64,000 nt of DNA from Candidatus Doudnabacteria bacterium (GTDB lineage: Bacteria > Patescibacteriota > Doudnabacteria > UBA920 > O2-02-FULL-48-8). The stretch covers positions 20 to 64,019 of the forward strand of contig JACPFQ010000001.1 in NCBI GenBank assembly GCA_016182875.1, given 5' to 3'. Made by a program: the position numbers and the translations under genes. The notes beneath the pieces are model-generated. The model did no database searches and was not told where the DNA came from. It worked only from the letters and a program-made list of their open reading frames with translations. This document shows positions 9,406-18,764 of the stretch, in pieces. Position 1 is the first letter of the stretch; the number at the start of each line of letters is the position of its first letter.

Positions 9406-9780
9406 TCAGGCCTTGCTTATTACAGAAAGTATAATAAGAAGCCCAACAATGACGACTACAACAAGAAGTACTAATTGAACCTTGTTTTTAACTTGATTAT
9501 AGTTCGGAAATCTAGTTCTACCTAGATTATCAAGTTCTTTGGCAGCTTTTCCATACAAGTAAACTCTCATGAAGCCGAAGATAATGGAGAGAACACTAAT
9601 TACAAATAAGGGGATTACAACATTTAGAGTATATCCACTTCCGTGGACGCAGTCCAAAACAAATATATTTCGGGTTGGGCTATTGCAATCTACATTCAAA
9701 CTCAAGTACCACAAGTAGCCTGAGAGTAACAGAAGTATTACTCCGGCTATGATTAGTGAGCTTTTAAAATATCTGCTCAT
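9406..9780 (-). CDS. small membrane protein (3 TM)
   Basis: hydrophobic segments. Confidence 0.4.
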   Translation of the reverse strand: MSRYFKSSLIIAGVILLLLSGYLWYLSLNVDCNSPTRNIFVLDCVHGSGYTLNVVIPLFVISVLSIIFGFMRVYLYGKAAKELDNLGRTRFPNYNQVKNKVQLVLLVVVVIVGLLIILSVISKA

Positions 9781-11408
9781 TTTTTGTTTCTGACAGCAGC
9801 CTTCACGAATTCCCTAAACAGCGGTCCCGGATTAAGCGGTCTTGATTTGAATTCGGGGTGGAATTGGGTGCCGACGAAGAACGGATGGTCTTTGAGCTCG
9901 ATTATTTCCACGAGGAGGCCGTCGGGGGTGGTGCCGGAGAAGACGAAGCCTTTGGCTTCGAATTGTTTGCGGTATTTGTTGTTGAACTCATAGCGGTGGC
10001 GGTGGCGCTCGAAAATTCTTTTTTGGCCATAGGCCTTCAAGGCTTTACTGCTGTCCTTGAGGATACAGGGCCACGCGCCCAAGCGCATGGAAGCGCCATA
10101 ATCTTTTTTCAAAAGTTTTTTCTCCTGTTCGGGCATCAAGCCAATCACTGGATGTGGGGTTTTGGGGTCAACTTCAGTTGTATGGGCGCCTTTAAGACCC
10201 AAAACATTGCGGGCAAACTCGATAGTGGCCATCTGCATGCCGTAGCAGAGTCCCAGGTATGGGATTTTCTTGGTGCGGGCGTAGGTTATGGCTTTAATCA
10301 GTCCTTCGACTCCCCTTTTGCCAAAGCCCGGGGTAATCACGATGCCGTCATGGCCTTTCAAAACTTCTGCTCCGGATTTTTCCAGTTTCTCCGAATCAAT
10401 CCAGACCAGTTTCGGCTTGACCTTGTTGTGCCAGCTGGCGGCCTTGAGCGCCTCGATTATCGAAACATAGACGTCGGACAAATGATAATCGCCGGTGGCG
10501 AAGTATTTGCCGACTACGGCGATTTTGACTTCTTTTTTGGCGTTTTTGATATTACGGACTAATTTTTTCCACTCGGTCAAATCTTTTTTGGCAGCCGGCA
10601 GACCTAATTTTGCCAGGATTTTCTCGCCAAGCTTCTGATTCTGCATGACCAGCGGCACTTCGTATATGGACTGGACGTCGGGGGTGGAAATAACGTCGTC
10701 TTTTTTGACGTTGCAAAACAGCGCGATGCGCTCTTTTCTTTTGTCGTCAACTGCAAATTCGGAGCGGGCAATAATAAAATCAGGCTGAATCCCCATGGAG
10801 TTCATAAGCCTGACTGATTGCTGGACCGGTTTGGATTTCATCTCGCCGATGTTGCTGGGGATCGGAAGATACGCGACATGGACTTGAATGACGTCCTGCG
10901 GGTTTCTAAGCCTCATGATGCGGGAAGCTTCGAAGAAAATGGCGTTTTGGTATTCGCCGACCGTGCCGCCGAGCTCAATCATGACGATGTCGGACTTTTT
11001 GCCGGCAAGCTTGATGCGGTGGATGATTTGGTCCGTAATGTGCGGAATGGCCTCGACGTCTTCGCCGTCGTATTCAAACGCGCGCTCCCGGCGCAGGACC
11101 TCGGCGTAAACCTGGCCGGTAGTCACATAATTTACTTTGGATAAATTGACGTCGAGGAACCGCTCGTAATGCCCCAGGTCCTGGTCAGTCTCCATGCCGT
11201 CCTCAGTGACGAAGACTTCGCCGTGCTCCTGGGGCCGGATGGTGCCCGCGTCCTGGTTGAGGTACATGTCGATTTTGATCGGCGAGACGGCGTAGCCTCG
11301 GCTTTTTAAAATCGCCGCGATGGACGCGGTCGTGATTCCTTTGCCGAGGCCCGAAATGACCCCGCCGGAAACGAAAATGTATTTTGTGGCGCGCTTGTTC
11401 TTAGCCAT
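9777..11408 (-). CDS. pyrG: CTP synthase
   Basis: MAKNKRATKYIFVSGGVISGLGKGITTAS...; glutamine amidotransferase C-terminal LGLCYGMQ; start at the internal Met after 12 upstream codons. Confidence 0.93.
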   Translation of the reverse strand: MAKNKRATKYIFVSGGVISGLGKGITTASIAAILKSRGYAVSPIKIDMYLNQDAGTIRPQEHGEVFVTEDGMETDQDLGHYERFLDVNLSKVNYVTTGQVYAEVLRRERAFEYDGEDVEAIPHITDQIIHRIKLAGKKSDIVMIELGGTVGEYQNAIFFEASRIMRLRNPQDVIQVHVAYLPIPSNIGEMKSKPVQQSVRLMNSMGIQPDFIIARSEFAVDDKRKERIALFCNVKKDDVISTPDVQSIYEVPLVMQNQKLGEKILAKLGLPAAKKDLTEWKKLVRNIKNAKKEVKIAVVGKYFATGDYHLSDVYVSIIEALKAASWHNKVKPKLVWIDSEKLEKSGAEVLKGHDGIVITPGFGKRGVEGLIKAITYARTKKIPYLGLCYGMQMATIEFARNVLGLKGAHTTEVDPKTPHPVIGLMPEQEKKLLKKDYGASMRLGAWPCILKDSSKALKAYGQKRIFERHRHRYEFNNKYRKQFEAKGFVFSGTTPDGLLVEIIELKDHPFFVGTQFHPEFKSRPLNPGPLFREFVKAAVRNKK

Positions 11409-11410
11409 AG

Positions 11411-11480
11411 GTTTTAGATTGCTTCGTCGCTTCGCTCCTCGCAAATGCGCATCTGCGAGCGACCGTAGGTCGCGTGGCAG
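11411..11480 (-). repeat. dispersed hairpin motif, copy A (CTCGCAGATGCGCATTTGCGAG...CGACGAAGCAATCTAAAAC) ending 2 nt before the pyrG ATG
   Basis: 22-bp near-perfect palindrome plus GAAGCAATCTA box; other copies at 49895, 60484, 62385. Confidence 0.6.
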
Positions 11481-11481
11481 T

Positions 11482-11910
11482 CTATTCCACCGCCTGTACG
11501 TCCAGCTTTATTTTAACCTTAATATCCTCGAAAAGTCTAGCCTCGGCTTCATAATTGCCCAGGGTCTTAATCGGCTGGCTCAGCGTGATTTGCTCGGCGG
11601 TCAAGCCGGCCGCCCGGGCTATTTCTGCTTCGTGAATCGCGGCGAAAAGCGTTTCTTTATTAGCTTTAGCCTTGATGCTGAATGTTTTACCCTCGAGCTT
11701 GCGCTTAAGGGCCAGCGCCGCATCTCGCTGTTTAAGAATTTTATCCTGGCGCTCTTTTTCTTCTTTTTGGACTTTGTCCAAAAGCTGGCTGGTCGCAGGC
11801 AGGGCCAAATGCCTCGGAATCAAAAAATTTCTGGCGTAGCCATCGGAAACTTCCTTGACATGCCCTGCTTTGCCTAGTCCCTTAACTTCTTTTGACAAAA
11901 TAACCTTCAT
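11482..11910 (-). CDS. rplI: 50S ribosomal protein L9
   Basis: [32 protein letters not shown]. Confidence 0.9.
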   Translation of the reverse strand: MKVILSKEVKGLGKAGHVKEVSDGYARNFLIPRHLALPATSQLLDKVQKEEKERQDKILKQRDAALALKRKLEGKTFSIKAKANKETLFAAIHEAEIARAAGLTAEQITLSQPIKTLGNYEAEARLFEDIKVKIKLDVQAVE

Positions 11911-11912
11911 TA

Positions 11913-12836
11913 TTATATTCGCAAATAGCGTCTGATGGCAATACTGCTTGAGACCACCCCGATGATTATGCTTGCCAGGAGGTTAATGATGAATAGTTCC
12001 GCAAACAGGCCGCGCACCAGGCTGCCGCCGAAGTGTCGAAGGTCGAGGAATTCCTCGATTCGGGTGGAGGCCAGCGACAGCAACCCGAACATGACAATCG
12101 ACGTGATGGCAGTAGCTAAGATGGCGTAAATCAATCCCTCGATAAGAAACGGCCACCGGATATACCAGTTGGTCGCTCCGACCAGGCGCATGATTTCGAC
12201 TTCCTCGCGGCGGTTGTAGATGGCCAGGCGAATGGTGTTGAACATGACCATGATGGTTACGGCGATGAATACGACGGTAAGCAAGACTCCCAGCTGCCGA
12301 ATCAATTTGCTCAAAACCCCCAGCCGCTCGATTATCTTGCGGTTGTCCTTAATGCCGTCTTTTTCCTCGATGTACGGCCGAAACCGGTCGCTGCCCAGGA
12401 ACTTAACTATCGGTTCGTAGTTGGTGAGTTCGCTGGCTGTTATGGCGAACGAGTTTGGGAAGGGGTCGGTGTCGTTATCGAGTTCATCGAGCGCCCGAAT
12501 CCGGTCCGGCCGGTTTTGGTTGCGTTCGATGTAGCGGTCGCGCGCCTGCTCCTTGGAAGTAAAAATGATGGACTTCACGCCGGGAAAGGCTTCCAGGTCA
12601 GAGCGAATGACATCAATTTCCTGCTTAGTTGTGGAGTCCTTGAAATAAACCGAAACGCCGACGCGGTCCTTGGCGCTATCAAGCGAGAGGTCAGTGAGAT
12701 TGTAAAGCACTAAAACCGTGGAAATAATGAACAGCGTGATAACCATTATCGACGTCGCCGAAATCGACACGCCGATATTGCGCAGGAAGCTGGTGGTGCC
12801 GGATTTGACGAGTCGGTTGAATGTTACGAGATTCAT
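11913..12836 (-). CDS. ftsX: cell division permease FtsX
   Basis: FtsX architecture: N-terminal TM, periplasmic domain, three C-terminal TM helices. Confidence 0.8.
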   Translation of the reverse strand: MNLVTFNRLVKSGTTSFLRNIGVSISATSIMVITLFIISTVLVLYNLTDLSLDSAKDRVGVSVYFKDSTTKQEIDVIRSDLEAFPGVKSIIFTSKEQARDRYIERNQNRPDRIRALDELDNDTDPFPNSFAITASELTNYEPIVKFLGSDRFRPYIEEKDGIKDNRKIIERLGVLSKLIRQLGVLLTVVFIAVTIMVMFNTIRLAIYNRREEVEIMRLVGATNWYIRWPFLIEGLIYAILATAITSIVMFGLLSLASTRIEEFLDLRHFGGSLVRGLFAELFIINLLASIIIGVVSSSIAIRRYLRI

Positions 12837-12906
12837 GAGTTAGAATGTAGAATTTGGAATATAGAATATGGACGATTCCAAATTCCATATTCCACATTCC
12901 ATATTC

Positions 12907-13584
12907 CTATAAAACATACTTCCCCTTTTCCTGGTCGTAAACGATCTGCCCTTTCTCGACCGTGACCACGCGCTTCTTGACGCTGTTGACCAGATCCTTG
13001 GCATGGGTGGCCAGGATCACGGTCGTGCCGGCTTTGTTGATTTTCATAAGCAGCTGGATTATGTCCCAGGCATTAATGGAGTCAAGGTTGCCGGTTGGCT
13101 CGTCGGCCAAAAGCAATACTGGGTTGTGAGCCAGGGCGCGGGCAATAGCCACTCTCTGCCGCTCCCCGCCGGACATCTCGCTTGGGAAGGAATTAGCCTT
13201 ATCCGCAAGCCCCACCATCTCCAGAATTTTGGGCACTTCTTTTTTAATCGTATCAGCCGTGTCGCCGGAAACCTCAAGGGCGTAAGCGACGTTTTCGAAG
13301 GCCGTGCGATTAGGCAGGAGCTTGATGTCTTGGAAAACCACGCCGATTTTTCTTCTCAAATAAGGAATGTCCGCGCGCCTGATTTTCGCCACGTCAATGT
13401 CGTCGATGAGTATCCGGCCGGAATCAGGCCGCTCTTCGCCGATAATCAGGCGAATCAATGTCGATTTGCCGGCGCCGGATTGGCCGACTATGGAAATGAA
13501 TTCGCCTTTGTGAATCTGGAGGCTTAGGTCCTTGAGCGCCGTGACTTTGTTGTAGGTTTTAGTGACGTTATCGAATTTTATCAT
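12907..13584 (-). CDS. ftsE: cell division ATP-binding protein FtsE
   Basis: MIKFDNVTKTY..., Walker A GQSGAGKST, LSGGERQRVAIARAL, Walker B LLLADEPTGNLD. Confidence 0.9.
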   Translation of the reverse strand: MIKFDNVTKTYNKVTALKDLSLQIHKGEFISIVGQSGAGKSTLIRLIIGEERPDSGRILIDDIDVAKIRRADIPYLRRKIGVVFQDIKLLPNRTAFENVAYALEVSGDTADTIKKEVPKILEMVGLADKANSFPSEMSGGERQRVAIARALAHNPVLLLADEPTGNLDSINAWDIIQLLMKINKAGTTVILATHAKDLVNSVKKRVVTVEKGQIVYDQEKGKYVL

Positions 13585-13645
13585 CCAGGTACTAGAAATT
13601 TGACTTAATTTTTGGGCCACATCGGGTAGCCTTCTGCCTGGCCTA

Positions 13646-13697
13646 AAAATTATGGCGCAATATGTTTTTGATTAAGGATATTTGCCCAAAAAACATA
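13646..13697. promoter_or_regulatory. 13-bp-arm inverted repeat GCAATATGTTTTT...AAAAACATATTGC in the ftsE upstream region
   Basis: perfect 13-bp arms separated by 22 nt. Confidence 0.35.
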
Positions 13698-13751
13698 TTG
13701 CAGGTCAAATTTTCAGTACCTGGCATGCGTGGTTATTATATCATGCAAGTT

Positions 13752-13807
13752 GTCATTCTGAACGCAGTGAAGAATCTCATGAGATCCTTCGCTCCGCTCA
13801 GGATGAC
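13752..13807. repeat. 56-bp composite palindrome GTCATTCTGA...ATCTCATGAGAT...TCAGGATGAC (copy 1 of 2)
   Basis: second copy at 40118-40173 with reciprocal transitions. Confidence 0.6.
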
Positions 13808-13815
13808 ACAAAACA

Positions 13816-14908
13816 CTATTTTCTACTATGCTCCAGGTAACTCTTTACGAACTCGTCCAGGCTGCCGTCAAGCACTGATTCCGCGTCTGAGGTTTCGTAT
13901 CCGGTTCTGTGGTCTTTCACCATTTTGTAAGGGTGCAGGACATACGAGCGAATCTGGTTGCCCCACTCGGCAGACTGGAATTCCCCGCGCAGGGCAAGTT
14001 TCTCGGCCCGCTGTTTTTCCTCCTCGAGAGCGGCGAGCTTGGCCGAAAGAATTTTGAGCGCCTGCTCTTTGTTTTGGGTTTGCGACCGCTCGTTTTGAAT
14101 GGTTACGGAAGTGCCCGTGGGTCTGTGTGTGGCGCGGATGGCCGAGTAGGTCGTGTTGACCGACTGGCCGCCATGCCCTCGTGAGGTTTTTGCCTCGATT
14201 TCGATATCGGCCATATTGAGCTTGAATTGTTCCTGGGGAATGGCAGGGAGGACTTCGACTAAGGCAAAGGAAGTTTCCCTGGTATGCGCGGGATTGAATG
14301 GCGAGAGCCGCACTAGCCGGTGCACTCCAGCTTCGCATTTGAGATACCCATAAGCATACGGGCCGACAACTTCCAATACTGTGCTTTTTACGCCGGCTTC
14401 TGAGCCGCGGCTTTGGTCAAGGATATTAACCTTGAATTTATTTTTCTCCGCAAAGCGCAAATACATCCGAAGCAGCATCTCGGCCCAATCCTGGGCGTCA
14501 ACTCCGCCGGCGCCGGCATGAATCGACATAAAAGCGTCGTTTTTATCGTATTTCCCGCTCAAAAAGGTGCCAAGCCTGATATGCTCAAATAGGGCCTTTA
14601 AATCGTTGAATTTGAGCTTTAAATCGCCTTCCAAGCCCTTGTCACCTTCGTTTTTTGCCATTTCCGCCATTTCTTCAAGCTCTTTGAGGTCTTTCTCGAA
14701 TTTCTCCCATTCGGAAACCTGGCTTTTGAGCAAATCCAATTCCTGGGCAAAGTTTTTTGCCTTGCTTTGGTCAGTCCAAAAATCAGGCTGGGCCATTTGG
14801 TCTTCGAGTTCTAGAATTTTTTGTTTCTTTTGGGGCAACTCAAAGATGCTCCTTCAGGTCTAGGAGCTGGCCCTTTAACTGATTAATTTCTCTGAGCAGT
14901 TCGTCCAT
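13816..14908 (-). CDS. prfB: peptide chain release factor 2 with programmed +1 ribosomal frameshift
   Basis: frame A MDELLREINQLKGQLLDLKEHL then CTT TGA G at 14845-14839 preceded by an AAGGAG Shine-Dalgarno-like site 3 nt upstream; frame B continues ELPQKKQKILELEDQM...; SPF and GGQ motifs present. Confidence 0.88.
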
Positions 14909-14913
14909 CTAAA

Positions 14914-15225
14914 TTAGTGGTAGGTATCGGGTTCAAAATTATCCAATATATCTTTATACACAAGGTGCTCTGCAAGAAGATTCTGGATATCCTGGCTCAG
15001 TTGTGTCTGCTTTGTTTTGATCTCGGTAATTGATTGATCGCACTTTTCAATAAGCTGGGCTAACCGGCTTTTCTGAGCTTTAGTTAATTGCGTGTTCAGT
15101 AACTCTTGCGCTCTAGCTTTGTCTTTAGATAAGTTCTCTACGATTTGTTGTAGATTATTGCCTTGCTCAATTAGCCCTTCGGCCTTTTCGATTGGCTCAG
15201 AATAAATAGTTTCTCCTTCGCTCAT
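14914..15225 (-). CDS. small coiled-coil hypothetical protein
   Basis: ORF track; heptad-like Q/E/L-rich sequence. Confidence 0.35.
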   Translation of the reverse strand: MSEGETIYSEPIEKAEGLIEQGNNLQQIVENLSKDKARAQELLNTQLTKAQKSRLAQLIEKCDQSITEIKTKQTQLSQDIQNLLAEHLVYKDILDNFEPDTYH

Positions 15226-15228
15226 ATT

Positions 15229-15717
15229 TTACCTTTCGTAAGTGGCCCAGGTGAATTCCTCGTGTGGCTCTTCGTTGGTCCTTTTCCACTCTGATAAATC
15301 GATTTGTGGGAAAAGCACATCGCCCTCAACCTCTCTGTGTACGTGGGTCATATAGATTCTATCAACCTTTCCCATTTCAGCCAACTGGCTGAAAATCTGC
15401 CCGCCGCCAATCACCATCAGCTCATCTAGTCCCTCTGACATAAAATAAGCGATCGCTGAATTTATGTCATGGAAGATTAGAACTTCATGAGGGGCTTGAA
15501 AATCAGTCTGCCTGGTTATAACAACATTTCTTCGATTTGGCAAAGGTTTGCCCAACCGGCCAATAATTGAGTCGTAAGTTTTTTTGCCCATCAACACCGT
15601 GCGGCCGTCGGTAACTTTTTTGAAGTGCTTGAGATCTTCGGGGATATAGAAAGGCAGGTCGTTGTGCGACCCTATGACCCCATTCTTAGCGACTGCCACC
15701 ACAAAAGAAATTTTCAT
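15229..15717 (-). CDS. folA: dihydrofolate reductase
   Basis: MKISFVVAVAKNGVIGSHNDLPF...LMGKKTYDSI...VIGGGQIF. Confidence 0.88.
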   Translation of the reverse strand: MKISFVVAVAKNGVIGSHNDLPFYIPEDLKHFKKVTDGRTVLMGKKTYDSIIGRLGKPLPNRRNVVITRQTDFQAPHEVLIFHDINSAIAYFMSEGLDELMVIGGGQIFSQLAEMGKVDRIYMTHVHREVEGDVLFPQIDLSEWKRTNEEPHEEFTWATYER

Positions 15718-16379
15718 AAGCGTGTAATAATTTTTTTGAGTTCGTTAAGATTGTGGATTAAGAAATCGGGCTTGGCCGCGCGAAGCCTTTTGGTGCTTTG
15801 GTACCCGCCGGTCAGCGCGACCGTAAAGTACCTGAATTTCTTGCCAATTTCAATCTCTTCGTCTGTGTCGCCGATGCAAATGACTTCATTAGGTTTATAA
15901 CGCCTCGATTTCACGTATTTATGAAGCAGTATATCCTTGGTTCGAAAGTGGAGCAGAGAATGGTCATGGGGCTGCCGAGCTAAGACATGGCTGAAGTACT
16001 TGCTTAATCCCAAGCGCCTCAGCTGTTTGTGTATGTGCGGTTCCGGGTGGTTGCTGAACATCACCGTGTCGATTTTCTTTTTGTGAATCCAGCTGAGCGC
16101 TTCCCTGCTTCCTGACCTCGTGCGGCAGAAACTTTCCAATGGTTCGTAGGTAGCCATGAACAAATGCTGGACATCTTTGTAGTGCTTATCGAAAAATTTT
16201 CCGCTCAGGCCCATGTTAAGCCAATAATTCCTGATTGGCATGGCATAAGTATTCTGAAATTCTTTGACATTGGTCGGTTTGAATCCAAAGTGCCGCAGTA
16301 TCACGGATTGAGATCTTACAACCGCAAACGTGTCGGCGAGAATCGTGCCGTTCCAGTCAAAAGCGGCGAGTTTAATCAT
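15714..16379 (-). CDS. HAD-superfamily phosphatase
   Basis: N-terminal FDWNGT (DxDGT-like) and C-terminal GDTDEEIEIGK motifs. Confidence 0.65.
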   Translation of the reverse strand: MIKLAAFDWNGTILADTFAVVRSQSVILRHFGFKPTNVKEFQNTYAMPIRNYWLNMGLSGKFFDKHYKDVQHLFMATYEPLESFCRTRSGSREALSWIHKKKIDTVMFSNHPEPHIHKQLRRLGLSKYFSHVLARQPHDHSLLHFRTKDILLHKYVKSRRYKPNEVICIGDTDEEIEIGKKFRYFTVALTGGYQSTKRLRAAKPDFLIHNLNELKKIITRL

Positions 16380-16777
16380 AAAGCAAATTCCGAGATTATT
16401 TTAGCTATATCAGAAATACTTTCATAACGCATAAACGTGAACAGCGGAGTGTCTATGCCCAGAATCATCCTGCTTACTAAAGCATCTTTGTGAGCCACAG
16501 CAATAACCGGTTTGTTCAGATTTAAGGCTGAGGCAATCTCGAATCCCAATCCTAAAGAAGGATAACTGCATTCAGCCAGGAGAAAATCGCAATTTTTGAC
16601 GCAGTCAATGTCATGGAGGTATACGTTTCTGGCCTCCCCCGCTTTATCATAGCCATAAAAGTCCAAAACCTCGAATTGTTCGCTAAGAATTTTTTTGAGG
16701 TCTAGAATCGAGCGCCGGTAGACTTCCGGCGCATGCACGAGTGCGGCGCCTAAATAGATTTTTTTACCTTTTGCCAT
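16376..16777 (-). CDS. nucleoside 2-deoxyribosyltransferase-like (DNPH1/Rcl-like) Rossmann protein
   Basis: size and YLGAALVHAPE...FLLAECSYPSLGLGFEIASA pattern typical of the family; context of dNMP metabolism genes. Confidence 0.45.
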   Translation of the reverse strand: MAKGKKIYLGAALVHAPEVYRRSILDLKKILSEQFEVLDFYGYDKAGEARNVYLHDIDCVKNCDFLLAECSYPSLGLGFEIASALNLNKPVIAVAHKDALVSRMILGIDTPLFTFMRYESISDIAKIISEFAL

Positions 16778-17421
16778 ATTAGCTCGTGAATTCGCTCTAT
16801 CGAGAGGATTTTATTGCCGGGCGCGCAGTCGATCTTGGGGTAGCGAAATTTTTTTGAAATCTCGAGAAAGGTTTTCTCAGCCGCCGCCAAATGCTTCATG
16901 TCCTTTTCGTGGATGTCCCTTTTTTTGTAGCCTATGTAAAATCGCCGCTCCTTATTCGCCACTAACTTATGAGCGATCTTGGCCGGGACATGCAAAATCA
17001 GGGTTAAATCAGGCTTAGGAATTCTCAGCAGGCCGTATTCAAGCTCAAAAAGCCATTTGAAATACTTGTGCCGTTTCCTCGGGTTTTTGATTTTGCCGCC
17101 CTGGTGAGCCATATTGGCCGTGACGTACCGGTTGCAGATTACTATGAATCCTTCCTTAAGGTGCTGGCGGATTCTTTGGGAGGCGGCAAAGCGGTCCAAG
17201 GCATAAAACATTGATGGGATATAAGGGCCAAGCTCATCACCGGTTCCGTAAAGACCGTTAAGGTAATCCTCAACCAGTCCCGCTGATTTTTTGCCGTACT
17301 GCGGGAAGTCCTCAGTTTTAACTTTATAACCTTGGCTAGCCAGGCGCTTAACCAGCAAAACGGTTTGCGTGGCCTTGCCTGAGCCGTCCGTGCCGTCAAT
17401 GATGATAAGCTTGCCTTTCAT
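16750..17421 (-). CDS. tmk: thymidylate kinase
   Basis: MKGKLIIIDGTDGSGKATQT (P-loop), DRY-like region. Confidence 0.85.
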   Translation of the reverse strand: MKGKLIIIDGTDGSGKATQTVLLVKRLASQGYKVKTEDFPQYGKKSAGLVEDYLNGLYGTGDELGPYIPSMFYALDRFAASQRIRQHLKEGFIVICNRYVTANMAHQGGKIKNPRKRHKYFKWLFELEYGLLRIPKPDLTLILHVPAKIAHKLVANKERRFYIGYKKRDIHEKDMKHLAAAEKTFLEISKKFRYPKIDCAPGNKILSIERIHELIWQKVKKSI

Positions 17422-18089
17422 GGGTTGTAGTAAGGCTCCAATGCTGACGATAGATTGATTGCGAATTGCCTCTCGCTAAGGCCAGGCTGCGGCTTAAAAA
17501 CGAAATCGGCTTGCTTTGGGTCGTCAGTAAAACTAATTAAAACTTTTTTAAACCTTTCTTTAAGCTCGCCGCTTGGCTTCTGTCCTTCAACAAAAATTTT
17601 CACGGATTTAAGCGGCTCGCCCTTTGATGAAACTTCCTGAAAGAATTTATCCTCAGCACCCTCGACCAAGTAGACATTGTTTATGCCGGCCTCGATAATT
17701 TTGTCCCAGCAGGGTTTGCAAAGCCACCAGTGCCCATAGAGGTATATATCAGCGCCGTGAATGTCCAGGCCCTTGCTTATGGCATCACGGATTGCCGAGG
17801 CCTCAGAATGGTTATCGGAGTGGCAGTATTTTGGGCAAAGCTCGTAGTCTTCGCCAGAGGCGGAATCAAACACGGTTCTGGGGCAGAAGGATTTATGAAT
17901 GGGCTTATTGGTCCCGCTGCCGATTACTTTTCCGTCCTTAATGATAATTGACGAAGTGCTGATCGAGCTTGGATACTGCTCGATAAGCGGCTGACGATTC
18001 TGCCTGGCAATCAGGATAAACTCATTGTCCTCCGGGGCATATAAAATTGTCCTGCCCTCCGGCAAGTATGGGTAAGCTCTCTTTGGCAT
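17418..18089 (-). CDS. dCMP deaminase (ComEB/CDA family) with C-terminal extension
   Basis: HSEASAI zinc motif and CKPCWDKI (PCxxC). Confidence 0.8.
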   Translation of the reverse strand: MPKRAYPYLPEGRTILYAPEDNEFILIARQNRQPLIEQYPSSISTSSIIIKDGKVIGSGTNKPIHKSFCPRTVFDSASGEDYELCPKYCHSDNHSEASAIRDAISKGLDIHGADIYLYGHWWLCKPCWDKIIEAGINNVYLVEGAEDKFFQEVSSKGEPLKSVKIFVEGQKPSGELKERFKKVLISFTDDPKQADFVFKPQPGLSERQFAINLSSALEPYYNP

Positions 18090-18752
18090 TCAATTAAGTC
18101 CAACTTTGAATTTGCTTTTCAAGCCCTCAATGTCGCCCTTTTTGATGTACTCTATCTCTTCGTCGCTGTCTGTCCTAGCTTCCAAATTAAAGGCTGTAGC
18201 ATCAGCGTATTTGGCAGATGCCACGCCGTGTTTGAGCGCTGACTCCGAGGTCAATTCGCTGTCAATTTTGTGAAAGAGCAGCTGGTACGCTCTCTCTCCC
18301 ACGAATAATTTTAGATTATGATTGGAGGCGTTCATGACCGGAATCACCAAATGGCCTTTGTACATTACGTCCACGACCCCGCCCTGGATTATGAAGCCGC
18401 GCCTGACCATGGAACTGCGCGGGTAGAGCACGGCCATAAGCTCGCCGGAATTCAGTTCGACTTTTTCCAATGATGAAACAAGGACTGACTCGCCTGGGAG
18501 AATCTCAAAAAACTGACCGGGCTTGATTTTGACCAGCTTCAGGTGCTCTTTGTTCATTGACTTTACGAGGTAATCAGGGTCGAACGCTTCGCGGCCTCTA
18601 TCGGTAAGATGCCAGCTTTCGGGAATGTAGAAACTGGCGCCAATCCGCAAATCAATCGAATTGGGCTGGAGCTGAAATTCGTCCAAACCCGGCGTGAAGG
18701 CGATTTTGCCTTCCTTGATGCATTGAGCCAGTTCATTTTTGCCCAAAACCAT
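18090..18752 (-). CDS. dcd: dCTP deaminase (dUTPase fold)
   Basis: MVLGKNELAQCIKEGKIAF...NSIDLRIG; length and motifs of the Dcd family. Confidence 0.75.
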   Translation of the reverse strand: MVLGKNELAQCIKEGKIAFTPGLDEFQLQPNSIDLRIGASFYIPESWHLTDRGREAFDPDYLVKSMNKEHLKLVKIKPGQFFEILPGESVLVSSLEKVELNSGELMAVLYPRSSMVRRGFIIQGGVVDVMYKGHLVIPVMNASNHNLKLFVGERAYQLLFHKIDSELTSESALKHGVASAKYADATAFNLEARTDSDEEIEYIKKGDIEGLKSKFKVGLN

Positions 18753-18764
18753 AAAACTTATATC

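Noticed and set aside
13003-13527. 174-aa plus-strand ORF inside ftsE, and similar ORFs antisense to pyrG, gyrB, atpD, lepA, murD and mraY
   Set aside because: Each is fully contained in a well-supported conserved gene on the opposite strand.
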